Of a DNA stretch of 42,578 nt, positions 9,080 through 18,930 are shown piece by piece (the stretch's first letter is position 1; each line of letters opens with the position of its first letter). The DNA lies in NCBI GenBank assembly GCA_020722805.1, contig DYKA01000003.1, positions 1-42,578 on the forward strand, written 5' to 3'. The notes under the pieces were generated by a model, which saw only the letters and a program-made list of their open reading frames with translations, did no database searches and was not told the origin of the DNA. The position numbers were made by a program, and so were the translations under genes. This stretch comes from Vermiphilus sp. (GTDB lineage: Bacteria; Ratteibacteria; UBA8468; B48-G9; DTJG01).

Positions 9080-9711
9080 AAAAACTTGAAGAACAAATAG
9101 GATACACATTCCGCGATACAGGTTTGCTTGAAGTGGCTATGACACATTCTTCCTATGCTCATGAGAAAAAAATTCAATCATATGAAAGATTAGAATTCCT
9201 GGGAGATGCAGTGCTTAACTTTACTGTTGCGTCAGAAATTTTTAGGCAGAATCCCGACAGGGACGAAAGTTTTCTCACCAATCTTAAGTCCGCATATGTG
9301 AACAGGGAATATTTGCATCGCCTTGGAAAAAATCTTGGACTCAAAAAAATACTCAGACACTCAGGTCCAGATGACATCCGACTGGATCAGGCAGTTGAAG
9401 CGTTAATTGGGGCCATATACATTGACGGTGGATACCGTTACGCAAGAAGGTTTATCAAAAAATACATTCTGAGAAAGAAGATAAAACCTCTGGAGGACTA
9501 TAAGGGGTTGATAAAAACACTATCAATGAGAAAGTTTAACAAAAATGTTATATACAGGGTGGAAAAGGAATCCGGTCCGCCGCATAAAAAAACATTTCAG
9601 GTCATCGCCAGAATTCCAGGTCAACAAATTTCTGCAACAGGAACAGGCAGAACAAAAAAAGAAGCAGAAATGATGGCATCCAGAATTCTTCTAAAAAAAC
9701 TGAGCGACTGA
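9067..9711 (+). CDS. rnc: Ribonuclease III
   Basis: THSS, ERLEFLGDAVL, EALIGAIYIDGG and a dsRBD (SGPPHKKTF...KKEAE). ATG 9067 preferred over TTG 9061. Confidence 0.95.
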   Translation: MQRLKKLEEQIGYTFRDTGLLEVAMTHSSYAHEKKIQSYERLEFLGDAVLNFTVASEIFRQNPDRDESFLTNLKSAYVNREYLHRLGKNLGLKKILRHSGPDDIRLDQAVEALIGAIYIDGGYRYARRFIKKYILRKKIKPLEDYKGLIKTLSMRKFNKNVIYRVEKESGPPHKKTFQVIARIPGQQISATGTGRTKKEAEMMASRILLKKLSD

Positions 9712-9712
9712 A

Positions 9713-11221
9713 TTATTTTTTTGAAATCTTATAGATATAGTACTGTTCAAAAACTCCCATAATGTTCATACTTACCCAGTAAAGCAACAGTCCAGATGAA
9801 AAATTATAAAACAACACCAGCATCATCAGTGGGAGCACTATGTTCATAAATTTTTGCGACTGTTCAACAGCCGGCGACATCTTTTGCTGAAAAAATGAAC
9901 TGATAAACATGAGAATAGGCAACACATTAACATGAAACGAACCAATTGTTGCAACTGTATCTGGCATGGAGAGGTCTTTCATCCATAGAATGAATTTGCT
10001 GCCCCTCAAGAATACAGAACTCCGCAGCGCGAGAAAAAACCCAACAAAAATCGGGATTTGAATCAGCATGGGCAGACATCCACCAAAAGGATTTATTTTA
10101 AATTCCCTGTAAAGGTTCATCATTTCCTTCTGCATCATCTGGGGATTATTCTTGTATTTTTTCTGAATTTCCTGGAGATAAGGCTTGAGTCTTTGCATTT
10201 GTTTCATTGACCTTAAACTGTTTCTGGTAAGAGGAAAGAATATTATCTTTATCAGAACAGTTAGAATGATAATTGTAAACCCCCAGTTGGGTATAAACCT
10301 GTGAATCGCATTGAGCACAGAGAAAATTATTCTACCCATTGAAACAAAGAAGCCAGTTCCGAATATTCTTATGTCATTGATCTCATTTTTTGCCACAAAA
10401 TAGTCAGAAGGTCCGATATAACAAACTAGAGGAAATTTTTTTGTTTCCCCCGGCAGTATCTCAAAAGATGGAATCCTGAATCCCCATTTTATTTTTGAGG
10501 CCCTATTTTCAATGTTGAATTCAACCGGTATATTTGTTTTGAAATAGTACATCTGATATCTTGTCCTGACAACGCAGACATTACCGGAAATCCTCTCCTT
10601 GATCTGTCTTGAGATATTGAATTTATCCAGTTTGCTGCCATTGGTAATAAGACACTCAACAGAAGAGTCCTCCGGATGCCTGCGGTCAAGAACAAGAGAG
10701 CCGAGAAACAGATTTATCTCAGGGCTTGTGACCTTTTCTTTTGAAAGATTTTTTATCAGTATGTCAGTATTCCATGTATACCTTGAAGGAACGATTTCTA
10801 TCTTTTTTTCAATCCCGATTCCATTCCTTTCGGCCCGCAAAACCAGCAGTTTCTCTGATGGGATGGAGGCAAGTACATATTCAATCTGTCTGGTTTCTTC
10901 GTTGACAAAGTCAAGGAGCGTTATACCATTTTCAAAAAAAGTAAATCTTTCTTCTCCGGGTCTGGTGTATCCGGAAAGAGAAAAAGAAACAATTTTTCCG
11001 CCAAGAAGGTCAAGATGTCCAGCAAACAACTCATTTCCGAATTTAACCTGAGTGTCGGATACAGCATAGTCGGTTTCTGCTTGAACCTGCCTTATAGTTT
11101 CTGTCTGAATTCTTTTTCCCTGAGTCTGAACAGGTCTTTCCTTTCTTGATGTAATACTGAAAAGAACGATAACCGTGAGAGCAAGTGCAAATGCAATCAT
11201 GATTCTTGTTTCTTCTTTCAT
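9713..11221 (-). CDS. yidC: Membrane protein insertase YidC
   Basis: [32 protein letters not shown] and GLLLYW; large periplasmic domain. Confidence 0.95.
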   Translation of the reverse strand: MKEETRIMIAFALALTVIVLFSITSRKERPVQTQGKRIQTETIRQVQAETDYAVSDTQVKFGNELFAGHLDLLGGKIVSFSLSGYTRPGEERFTFFENGITLLDFVNEETRQIEYVLASIPSEKLLVLRAERNGIGIEKKIEIVPSRYTWNTDILIKNLSKEKVTSPEINLFLGSLVLDRRHPEDSSVECLITNGSKLDKFNISRQIKERISGNVCVVRTRYQMYYFKTNIPVEFNIENRASKIKWGFRIPSFEILPGETKKFPLVCYIGPSDYFVAKNEINDIRIFGTGFFVSMGRIIFSVLNAIHRFIPNWGFTIIILTVLIKIIFFPLTRNSLRSMKQMQRLKPYLQEIQKKYKNNPQMMQKEMMNLYREFKINPFGGCLPMLIQIPIFVGFFLALRSSVFLRGSKFILWMKDLSMPDTVATIGSFHVNVLPILMFISSFFQQKMSPAVEQSQKFMNIVLPLMMLVLFYNFSSGLLLYWVSMNIMGVFEQYYIYKISKK

Positions 11222-11445
11222 TTATTCGTCCTCTCAGGCAGCGGGTCATATCCACCCTGGTTAAATGGATGGCATCTTATTATTCTTTTTAGAAATAGAA
11301 TGCTCCCGGGCAACGGTCCAAACCTTTCCACTGCCTCAATGAAATAATTTGAACAGCTTGGATAAAATCTACAGTTTCTACCCAAAACTGGAGAAAACAC
11401 ACTCTGATAAAAACGAACAATCAGCACTATCACTTTCACAAACAT
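11218..11445 (-). CDS. yidD: Membrane protein insertion efficiency factor YidD
   Basis: FYQ...[12 protein letters not shown] and [12 protein letters not shown]. The start at MFVKV (11445) is more likely than 11469. Confidence 0.93.
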   Translation of the reverse strand: MFVKVIVLIVRFYQSVFSPVLGRNCRFYPSCSNYFIEAVERFGPLPGSILFLKRIIRCHPFNQGGYDPLPERTNK

Positions 11446-11729
11446 ATCTTTTTCTCTGTTTCGCTCCATTCTCTTTCAATATCCTTTTCTGTAAGATTTC
11501 GCAGATCTGTTTTTATTCTGATGAAATAATCTCCGCTTTTCAGACGCTTCCTTATAAGGGTTCTGATCTTTCTTTTCACTTTGTTTCTTATAACTGAATT
11601 GCCACAATAGCCGTGTATTTGAAATCCTATTCTAAGAGTTCTGTCTGGTGTTTTTCTGTAGTACAGGTCAAAGTATTCACCCCTTGTCCTTTCTCCATTT
11701 CTTATAATCTCCAGAATGCTTTTCTTCAT
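11436..11729 (-). CDS. rnpA: Ribonuclease P protein component (short, divergent)
   Basis: RIGFQI...[14 protein letters not shown] (RNR motif); lies between rpmH and yidD. Confidence 0.88.
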   Translation of the reverse strand: MKKSILEIIRNGERTRGEYFDLYYRKTPDRTLRIGFQIHGYCGNSVIRNKVKRKIRTLIRKRLKSGDYFIRIKTDLRNLTEKDIEREWSETEKKICL

Positions 11730-11860
11730 ATGGATACTGATTTTCTTCCCTTTTTTCTCCTTCTTGAGAAAATCTTTCTTCCAGTGTGCGTACTCATTCT
11801 TTTTCTGAAACCATGAACCTTTTTTCTCTTGCGCTTGTTTGGTTTTAATGTAATTGACAT
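11726..11860 (-). CDS. rpmH: 50S ribosomal protein L34 (44 aa; not in the ORF track)
   Basis: Read by hand as [51 protein letters not shown] and ATGA overlap with rnpA. Confidence 0.97.
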   Translation of the reverse strand: MSITLKPNKRKRKKVHGFRKRMSTHTGRKIFSRRRKKGRKSVSI

Positions 11861-11869
11861 AACGGCTCC

Positions 11870-12637
11870 TTATTCATTAAGATTCCATCCTGAAAAATAA
11901 TTGATACACCTGTAATCAGTAAGGTCAATGCTCAATGGTGTAAGAGCAATATATCCTTCTCTTAATGCCCGGGTGTCAGATTCAGCAGTATCCATTTCTT
12001 CCATAAACTCACCTGTAAGCCAGTAATAAACCTTTTTCCCTGGATTTATTCGTTTCTCATATCTTTCCCTGTAGCGCGCCCTGCTCAGGGGAACAACTTT
12101 TACACCCCTGGGTTTTTCACCATGAGTAGATGGTACATTCACATTTAACAGAGTATTCTCCGGAATTTTGTTTTTCAGCATTAAAGATGCCAGTTTTTTC
12201 GCGAAATCCGCAGCAAATGAAAAATCCGGATTTTCAAGGCAGTCAAGAGAAATCGCAAAAGCAGGAATGCCCAGTATCACTGCTTCAGCAGCAGCCGAAA
12301 CAGTCCCTGAATATAAGACATCTATTCCAAGATTAGAACCAAGATTAATCCCTGAAATTACAAGATCCGGTTTTTCCCCGAGAAGACAGTAAACTGCTAT
12401 CTTAATACAGTCAGCAGGCATACCGTTTACACTGTATCCCTTTATCCCTGCAGGCAGATTTACTTCCTTAACCTTCAGAGGCATATTCAATGTTATGGCA
12501 TGTCCAATACTACTTCTTTCAACTTCCGGGGCAACAACTGCAACACTGAACAAACTGAGCAATTCTCTGCACAGAACATTCAATCCTTCAGCAAAAATTC
12601 CATCATCATTTGAAATAAGTACAAGTTTCTCTTTCAT
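11870..12637 (-). CDS. surE: 5'/3'-nucleotidase SurE
   Basis: LISNDDG, VVAPEVERS, GMPADC, SGINLGSN and YSGTVSAA. True start is MKEKLV at 12637; the ORF-track extension crosses a tRNA. Confidence 0.95.
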   Translation of the reverse strand: MKEKLVLISNDDGIFAEGLNVLCRELLSLFSVAVVAPEVERSSIGHAITLNMPLKVKEVNLPAGIKGYSVNGMPADCIKIAVYCLLGEKPDLVISGINLGSNLGIDVLYSGTVSAAAEAVILGIPAFAISLDCLENPDFSFAADFAKKLASLMLKNKIPENTLLNVNVPSTHGEKPRGVKVVPLSRARYRERYEKRINPGKKVYYWLTGEFMEEMDTAESDTRALREGYIALTPLSIDLTDYRCINYFSGWNLNE

Positions 12638-12660
12638 CTCACACCTTAAAGTAATGGGTA

Positions 12661-12733
12661 TGGAGCAGACCGGAGTTGAACCGGCGGCCTCCAGAGTGCG
12701 ATTCTGGCGCTCTCCCATCTGAGCTACTGCCCC
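12661..12733 (-). tRNA. tRNA-Ala(CGC)
   Basis: GGGGCAGTAGCTCAGATGGGAGAGCGCCAGAATCGCACTCTGGAGGCCGCCGGTTCAACTCCGGTCTGCTCCA; CGC anticodon, G3:U70 pair, CCA not encoded. Confidence 0.96.
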
Positions 12734-12744
12734 TGTAAAAATTA

Positions 12745-12773
12745 AGTTTATCATAAAAAATGTTGCTGGACAA
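12745..12773 (-). promoter_or_regulatory. Sigma70-type promoter for the tRNA-Ala/surE/rpmH operon
   Basis: On the minus strand TTGTCC-17 nt-TAAACT with a TGn extension, 11 nt upstream of the tRNA. Confidence 0.55.
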
Positions 12774-12815
12774 GGAATATAGGTGTTAAAATACATACGA
12801 CAACAGGGAAGATTA

Positions 12816-13997
12816 ATGAAAAAAGTTATGCATTTTGGAGCAGGAAACATTGGAAGGGGATTTTTCGGACAACTTTATCATGAGTCCGGATATCACATCA
12901 TCTTCGTTGACATTGTGGATGAAATCATAAAAACAATAAATGAGAAATCTCAATACCCGATCTGGATAGTGGGCGATGAACTGGAAAAAATAACTATTAA
13001 TAATATCTCTGGTATTTCACTGCAAGACCAGCAGACAATAGTGGATGCGTGTTCAGAGATTGACCTCATAAGTTTCTCTGTTGGCGCAAACAATGTTAAA
13101 GGTATTGCTCCTGTCCTTGCAAGAATCATTGAAAAAAAATTCTCAATGGAAAAACCAGGTTTTCTCAACATAATCATCGGAGAAAACCTGAAGGATGCGT
13201 CAGGAATTGTAAAACAAATGATAAATCAACACCTTCCGCAAAATTTCAAGAATATAATGGATGAAAAGGTCGGACTGGTAGAGACAGTACTCAGCAGAAT
13301 GGTGCCAGTAGTTCCTGATGAACTGAAAAAACAATATCCGCTGATTGTGCTTGTTGAACCATACAGGATTATGCCGGTCGCAAAAAACATGTTCAGGGGC
13401 AATATCCCTGATGTAAAAGGATTTTTGATGGTTGATAACATAGAACCATATGAGGCAATGAAACTCTACATACATAACTTTACCCATGCTGCTTTTGCAT
13501 ATGCGGGACATAGGAAAAACTACAAATTTATCTGGGAATCCGTCAGAGATAGAAAAATAGAAAATCTTGTTCAAAGGGCATATCTTGAAATCAAGCAGGC
13601 AATTCATAAGAAATACAGGATTGAAAATGAAAGAATTGATGCATACTACACGGACCTGATAAAAAGATTTTCCAATAAGGGACTCGGTGACACAATCGTA
13701 AGAGTTGGCAGAGAACCAATAAGGAAACTGGGTCCTAAGGAAAGAATAATCGGCGCTGCAGAATTATGCGAAAAACAGGGGATAACCCCTGAGTATGTAT
13801 GTCTTTTTGCCGGTTTCTGTCTTCATTATGATGAAGCATCAGACCCAGAAAGCCAGAAACTTCAGACACTCCTCTCAACAAACGGAATAGACAGCGTGCT
13901 GAAAAACATATCAGGCCTCAGTAAAAACGACCCTGTTTTCGTCAGAGTCAAGGAAAACTATACGAGTTTTTGGAAAATATTGAAGGAAGTGTTATAA
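12816..13997 (+). CDS. mtlD: Mannitol-1-phosphate 5-dehydrogenase-like polyol-phosphate dehydrogenase
   Basis: HFGAGNIGRGF, ENL, RMVP, KLYIHNFTHA, RFSN and RVGREPIRKLGPKER. ATG 12816 follows an AGGGA SD. Confidence 0.8.
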   Translation: MKKVMHFGAGNIGRGFFGQLYHESGYHIIFVDIVDEIIKTINEKSQYPIWIVGDELEKITINNISGISLQDQQTIVDACSEIDLISFSVGANNVKGIAPVLARIIEKKFSMEKPGFLNIIIGENLKDASGIVKQMINQHLPQNFKNIMDEKVGLVETVLSRMVPVVPDELKKQYPLIVLVEPYRIMPVAKNMFRGNIPDVKGFLMVDNIEPYEAMKLYIHNFTHAAFAYAGHRKNYKFIWESVRDRKIENLVQRAYLEIKQAIHKKYRIENERIDAYYTDLIKRFSNKGLGDTIVRVGREPIRKLGPKERIIGAAELCEKQGITPEYVCLFAGFCLHYDEASDPESQKLQTLLSTNGIDSVLKNISGLSKNDPVFVRVKENYTSFWKILKEVL

Positions 13998-13998
13998 T
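13970..13998 (+). promoter_or_regulatory. Possible internal promoter for the ADH-E1a/E1b/E2 genes
   Basis: TTGGAA-17 nt-TATAAT with TGn, overlapping the mtlD stop codon. Confidence 0.4.
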
Positions 13999-14041
13999 TT
14001 CTGCTATGTTTTAAGCAGTATTAAATGGTCAGGAGATGAAA

Positions 14042-15079
14042 ATGGCGAAAGCGGCATTGCTTGTAAACGTTGAAAATCTCAAGATTGTTGAAAGAGATAT
14101 ACCTCGCCCTGACACCGGAGAAATTCTCATCAGGGTTAAATCGTGTGCAATATGCGGAACTGACATTAAGGTTTTTCATCACGGTCATAAACACATTGTA
14201 TTTCCAAGAATCACCGGTCATGAACTGAGCGGTGTTATTGAAGAAACCGGGCCAGCCGTGAAGAAATTCAAGCCAGGTGATAAGGTCGCAGTGGCTCCTG
14301 CAATTCCCTGTGGTGAGTGCTATTATTGCAGGCGGGGATGGCAGTCAATGTGCGACAATCTCAAGGCAATCGGCTATCACTTTGATGGGGGTTTTGCACA
14401 ATATATGATTGTGCCTGAGGTTGCTGTTAGAAACGGCTGTGTTAATCTTGTTCCCGACAACCTTAGTTTTGATGAAGCCGCACTTGCCGAACCACTTGCA
14501 TGCGTCATCAATGGTCAGCAATTAAGCAGGGTTGAAATGGGAGATACAGTGTTGATTCTTGGAGCAGGCCCAATCGGGTGTCTACATGCGGAACTTGCAA
14601 AGAATATAGGCGCTTCAAAGGTTATTCTTGCCGATGTCGTGCAAAACCGGCTTGATATGGCAGGATTCACCGGTGCAATAAGGGTCAACACAAAACAAAC
14701 AGACCTGAAGAAGTTCGTCGCAGAACAAACTGATGGAAGAATGGCTGACAGGGTTATTGTGGCTGTGGGTGTGCCTGAAGCCCAGGAGCAATCCCTTGAA
14801 CTTGTCTCAAAAAGAGGCTCGGTCAATTTTTTTGGAGGACTTCCAAAAGAATCGCCATTTGCCAGGATAAATACAAACATTCTTCACTATGGTGAAAGTT
14901 TTGTAACCGGAACTCACGGTTCAACTCCACTTCACAACAGGATGGCGCTTGATTTTATTGCTGCGGGAAAATTTCAGATAAGAAACTATATCAGTAAAAA
15001 AATACCTCTTGAACAGATTGTTGAGGGTCTGAAAGAGGTTGAAGAAAGAAAGGTTGTAAAGATCATAGTTAATCCATAA
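14042..15079 (+). CDS. Zn-dependent medium-chain alcohol/polyol dehydrogenase (iditol dehydrogenase-like)
   Basis: ICGTD, GHELSG, CGECYYC...C and GAGPIG motifs. The AGGAG SD spacing favours ATG 14042 over 14036. Confidence 0.88.
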   Translation: MAKAALLVNVENLKIVERDIPRPDTGEILIRVKSCAICGTDIKVFHHGHKHIVFPRITGHELSGVIEETGPAVKKFKPGDKVAVAPAIPCGECYYCRRGWQSMCDNLKAIGYHFDGGFAQYMIVPEVAVRNGCVNLVPDNLSFDEAALAEPLACVINGQQLSRVEMGDTVLILGAGPIGCLHAELAKNIGASKVILADVVQNRLDMAGFTGAIRVNTKQTDLKKFVAEQTDGRMADRVIVAVGVPEAQEQSLELVSKRGSVNFFGGLPKESPFARINTNILHYGESFVTGTHGSTPLHNRMALDFIAAGKFQIRNYISKKIPLEQIVEGLKEVEERKVVKIIVNP

Positions 15080-15090
15080 AAGGGGCTGGA

Positions 15091-16053
15091 ATGTACAATA
15101 TTTCAAAAGATGAAGCAGCAAAACTGCTCAGACAGATGATGGAAATCAGGCAGTTTGAAGATAAGATTATGGAACTTCTGGCAAAGAATATTGCTGAAGG
15201 GGGTTCCCATCTATATGCTGGAATGGAAGCAGTCGCAGTGGGAATGATATCAAGTTTGAAGCCAGATGATTATATTACAAGCACACACAGGGGGCATGGC
15301 CACGCGATTGCAAAAGATGGAGACCTCAATGCGCTGATGGCAGAGATACTCGGCAAAAAGACTGGCGTTTGCAAGGGGAAGGGAGGTTCCCTTCATCTTG
15401 CAGATCTCAACAAAGGGAATCTTGGAGCAAATGGGATAGTTGCAGGCGGACTCGGAATAGCAACTGGCGCAGCACTCGCACTGAAAATGCAGAAGAGCTC
15501 AAAAATCGTTGTATGTTTTTTTGGAGATGGTGCTCTGAACAATGGGATAACACATGAATGTATGAATATGGCCTCATTGTGGAAACTTCCTGTGCTGTAT
15601 CTTTGCGAAAATAATCTTTACGCGATGAGTGTTTGCATAGACCGCGCGTGTTCTGTAAAGGACTTTAAGAAAAGGGCCGGTGCATATGATATGCCCGCTG
15701 ATGTTGTGGATGGAATGGATGTCCTCGCAGTAAAGGAGGCAGCAACAAAGTGGATAGAATATGTCCGAAACGGGAACGGACCCTGTCTGCTGATCTGTAA
15801 CACCTATCGTTACTACGGACACAGCCGCAGTGATCCGCGCGTTTACAGAACGAAGGAAGAAGAGAAATTATACAGGGAAAAAGACCCGATACCGGGTTTT
15901 GCCCGTAAATGCATAGAAAAAAAATGGCTGACTGAAAATGAGATTAAGCAGATTGAGGCATCAGTGTCAAAAGCAATAGAAGAGGCAACAGAGTTTGCGA
16001 TAAAAAGCCCACTGCCGGACCCTGAAGAACTCTATTTGGATCTTTATGTATGA
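15091..16053 (+). CDS. ThDP-dependent dehydrogenase E1 alpha (acetoin/pyruvate dehydrogenase type)
   Basis: HRGHGH, GKGGSLH, the GDGA...ENN ThDP motif and YRYYGHSRSDP. Confidence 0.92.
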   Translation: MYNISKDEAAKLLRQMMEIRQFEDKIMELLAKNIAEGGSHLYAGMEAVAVGMISSLKPDDYITSTHRGHGHAIAKDGDLNALMAEILGKKTGVCKGKGGSLHLADLNKGNLGANGIVAGGLGIATGAALALKMQKSSKIVVCFFGDGALNNGITHECMNMASLWKLPVLYLCENNLYAMSVCIDRACSVKDFKKRAGAYDMPADVVDGMDVLAVKEAATKWIEYVRNGNGPCLLICNTYRYYGHSRSDPRVYRTKEEEKLYREKDPIPGFARKCIEKKWLTENEIKQIEASVSKAIEEATEFAIKSPLPDPEELYLDLYV

Positions 16054-17039
16054 AAGGAGAAAAGGTGAGAGAGATTACGTATCGTCAGGCACTTAATGAA
16101 GCCCTTGATGAGGAAATGATGCGAGACAGCAAGGTGTTTCTAATGGGGGAGGATATTGCGATATATGGCGGAGCATACGGAGTTACTGCAGGTCTTCTGA
16201 ACAAGTATGGCCACGAGCGCGTGATTGATACCCCCATTTCAGAAGCCGGGATAGTTGGCACAGGACTCGGTGCTGCACTTTTAGGATACAGACCAGTGGT
16301 TGAGATTATGTATATTGACTTTATTGGATTGTGCATGGACCAGCTCAATAACCAGGTTGCAAAAATAAGATATATGTTTGGTGGGAAATGTACAGTTCCA
16401 CTCACAATAAGGACAGAAGGTGGAGCAGGAAGAACACTCGGTGCCCATCACTCACAGAGTCTTGAAGCGTGGCTGATGCATATCCCCGGAATAAAGGTTG
16501 TGATGCCCGGAACACCTGCAGATGCAAAGGGGCTGTTAAAAAGTTCAATCCGCGAAGATAACCCGATTGTCTTTATTGAACATAAGATGCTCTATAATAC
16601 AAAGGGTGAGGTCCCTGATGGAGAGTATCTGACTCCCATCGGTACCGCGGATATTAAAAGACAGGGTAAAGATGTTACGATTCTTACTTACTCCAGAATG
16701 GTTCTGTTTTCTCTTCAAGCAGCAGAAATTCTCGCTAAAGAAGGAATAGATGTTGAAGTGGTAGACATCAGAACACTTCTCCCACTTGATAAACAAACGA
16801 TAAAAAAATCAGTAATGAAAACTAACAGGGTTGTGATTGTTGAAGAAGATACAAAAACTTCAGGCGCCGGAGCAGAAATCGGAATGACGGTCGTTGAAGA
16901 ATGTTTTGATTACCTTGATGCTCCAGTAAAGAGAATAGCAGGCGCGGATGTTCCGATGCCAAAAGCACCAAATCTTGAAAAGATTGCAATACCTTCTCCG
17001 GAAAGTATTGCTGAAGGAATAAGGGAGGTAATGAAATGA
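16050..17039 (+). CDS. ThDP-dependent dehydrogenase E1 beta
   Basis: MGEDI, DTPISE, RPVVEIMYIDF, AHHSQSLE and FIEHK. Confidence 0.92.
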   Translation: MKGEKVREITYRQALNEALDEEMMRDSKVFLMGEDIAIYGGAYGVTAGLLNKYGHERVIDTPISEAGIVGTGLGAALLGYRPVVEIMYIDFIGLCMDQLNNQVAKIRYMFGGKCTVPLTIRTEGGAGRTLGAHHSQSLEAWLMHIPGIKVVMPGTPADAKGLLKSSIREDNPIVFIEHKMLYNTKGEVPDGEYLTPIGTADIKRQGKDVTILTYSRMVLFSLQAAEILAKEGIDVEVVDIRTLLPLDKQTIKKSVMKTNRVVIVEEDTKTSGAGAEIGMTVVEECFDYLDAPVKRIAGADVPMPKAPNLEKIAIPSPESIAEGIREVMK

Positions 17040-18208
17040 TAAGAGAAATCATAATGCCCAAGCTTGGCGAAACAATGGAAGAGGGCTACATCAATAAATG
17101 GCTGAAGAAAGAAGGTGATAAAGTTAAAAAAGGGGAGGTTATTCTTGAGGTAATGAGCGACAAAACAAACTTTGAGATTGAATCACAGTATGACGGGTAT
17201 TTAAGAAAAATTCTTTTTCCGGCATCGGAAAATCCTGTTCAGGTGACAACAATAATTGGCTATATTTCCGATACAAAAGATGAGGAAATACCAGAAGTTA
17301 CAGCAAAAGTTTTTGAAAAAAAGACACAGGATGTTGTAACATCAACAACCCAGGGAGATGTCCCGGTTGCAGAAGAGAAACAAAGGATAAAGGCAAGTCC
17401 TGCAGCAAGAAAACTGGCTGAGGATCTCGGAATAGACATTGGAAAGATATCTGGAAGCGGCGAATCAGGAAGGATTGAGAAAAAGGATGTTGAGGCATAT
17501 GCTGCCCGGATGAAAATTGAACAGGTTCTGCAGCATCCAGAATATGAGAAACTCTCACCTATAAGAAAGATTATTGCTGAAAGATTGAAACTCAGTAAAC
17601 AGAATATACCACACTACTACCTCTCTACAAAAATCCTGATGGATAATATTGACAATCTTAAAGAGATTGCCAGGAAAAAAGGAAAGGAATTTACATATAC
17701 TGATTTTATAATCTTTTACACGGCCAGGATTATTCAAAGGTTTCCATTAATGAATGCAACTTTTTCAGATGATACAATTTACTATCCCGAATCAGTGAAT
17801 ATAGGACTTGCTGTTAACACAAAAGACGGACTCGTTGTGCCTGTGCTGCGGCATCTTCAAACAAAGACGCTTGACGAAATATCTACTGAAAGAGCCCGGC
17901 TTGCTGAAAAAGCAAGAAACAATCAGTTGAGAAAAGAAGATACTGAAAACTGCGGATTTGTAATAAGTAACCTTGGAATGTTTGATGTGGTTCACTTTCA
18001 GGCAATCATAAATCCGCCTGGAACTGCGATAATGGCAGTTGGCTCCATAGGGAAAGAACCGGTTGTCATTAATGATAACATCGTGGTTAAACGTACGATG
18101 TGGGTAACTCTTTCCCTTGATCACAGGGTAATTGACGGCGCATACGGCGGACAGTTTCTTCAACATCTGAAACAGTTATTTGAAAACCCGGGTATTCTTG
18201 ATATATGA
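17036..18208 (+). CDS. Dihydrolipoamide acyltransferase E2
   Basis: Lipoyl domain (SDKT), E3-binding ASPAARKLA...GSGESGRI and catalytic DHRVIDGA. Confidence 0.92.
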   Translation: MIREIIMPKLGETMEEGYINKWLKKEGDKVKKGEVILEVMSDKTNFEIESQYDGYLRKILFPASENPVQVTTIIGYISDTKDEEIPEVTAKVFEKKTQDVVTSTTQGDVPVAEEKQRIKASPAARKLAEDLGIDIGKISGSGESGRIEKKDVEAYAARMKIEQVLQHPEYEKLSPIRKIIAERLKLSKQNIPHYYLSTKILMDNIDNLKEIARKKGKEFTYTDFIIFYTARIIQRFPLMNATFSDDTIYYPESVNIGLAVNTKDGLVVPVLRHLQTKTLDEISTERARLAEKARNNQLRKEDTENCGFVISNLGMFDVVHFQAIINPPGTAIMAVGSIGKEPVVINDNIVVKRTMWVTLSLDHRVIDGAYGGQFLQHLKQLFENPGILDI

Positions 18209-18930
18209 TATCCCGAATAAAAGAAGATATTCAGACAGTATTCAGAAAAGATCCTGCGGCACGGAATTTGCTTGAGATTCTGCTGTGCTATCCGGGATTG
18301 CACGCAATATGGTTTCACCGGATATCTCATTATTTCTGGACTCACGGAGCACGTACGTTTGCTAGATTTCTTTCCCACATTAGCAGATTTCTGACCGGTA
18401 TTGAAATCCATCCTGGCGCAAAAATCGGTAGAAGATTTTTTATTGACCACGGAATGGGAGTTGTCATAGGAGAAACTTCCGAAATTGGAAATGATGTGTT
18501 ATTATATCAGGGGGTTGTTCTTGGTGGAACATCCCTTGAAAAGAAAAAGAGACATCCAACAATAAAGGATAATGTCGTTATAGGAGCAGGAGCAATAGTG
18601 CTGGGGGCTATAGAAATAGGTGAAGGCGCAAAAATTGGCGCGGGTTCAGTGGTGGTGAAGGACGTACCCCGTGGTTCCACTGTTGTGGGAGTTCCCGGCA
18701 GAGTAGCAGGAGTTCATCCAATCAAAGCAGTTGACCTTGACCATGGTCAACTTCCTGACCCTCTTGCAAAAGCACTGTCAATCATTATTGAAGAACAGGA
18801 AAAACTTGCTGAAAGAATTTCTGTTCTTGAAGGGATGGAAGGTCTCAAGGCAAAAATTGATACCTATTTTGAAGAAAAGAAAAGGGAAATATCAACAATG
18901 TTTGAACCTCTTGATAAGGGGGACAAATGA
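18205..18930 (+). CDS. cysE: Serine O-acetyltransferase
   Basis: [35 protein letters not shown] and KRHPT. Confidence 0.95.
   Translation: MISRIKEDIQTVFRKDPAARNLLEILLCYPGLHAIWFHRISHYFWTHGARTFARFLSHISRFLTGIEIHPGAKIGRRFFIDHGMGVVIGETSEIGNDVLLYQGVVLGGTSLEKKKRHPTIKDNVVIGAGAIVLGAIEIGEGAKIGAGSVVVKDVPRGSTVVGVPGRVAGVHPIKAVDLDHGQLPDPLAKALSIIIEEQEKLAERISVLEGMEGLKAKIDTYFEEKKREISTMFEPLDKGDK

Noticed and set aside
12638-12850. 71-aa N-terminal extension of surE in the ORF track
   Set aside because: It runs through tRNA-Ala and its promoter; SurE homology starts at MKEKLV.
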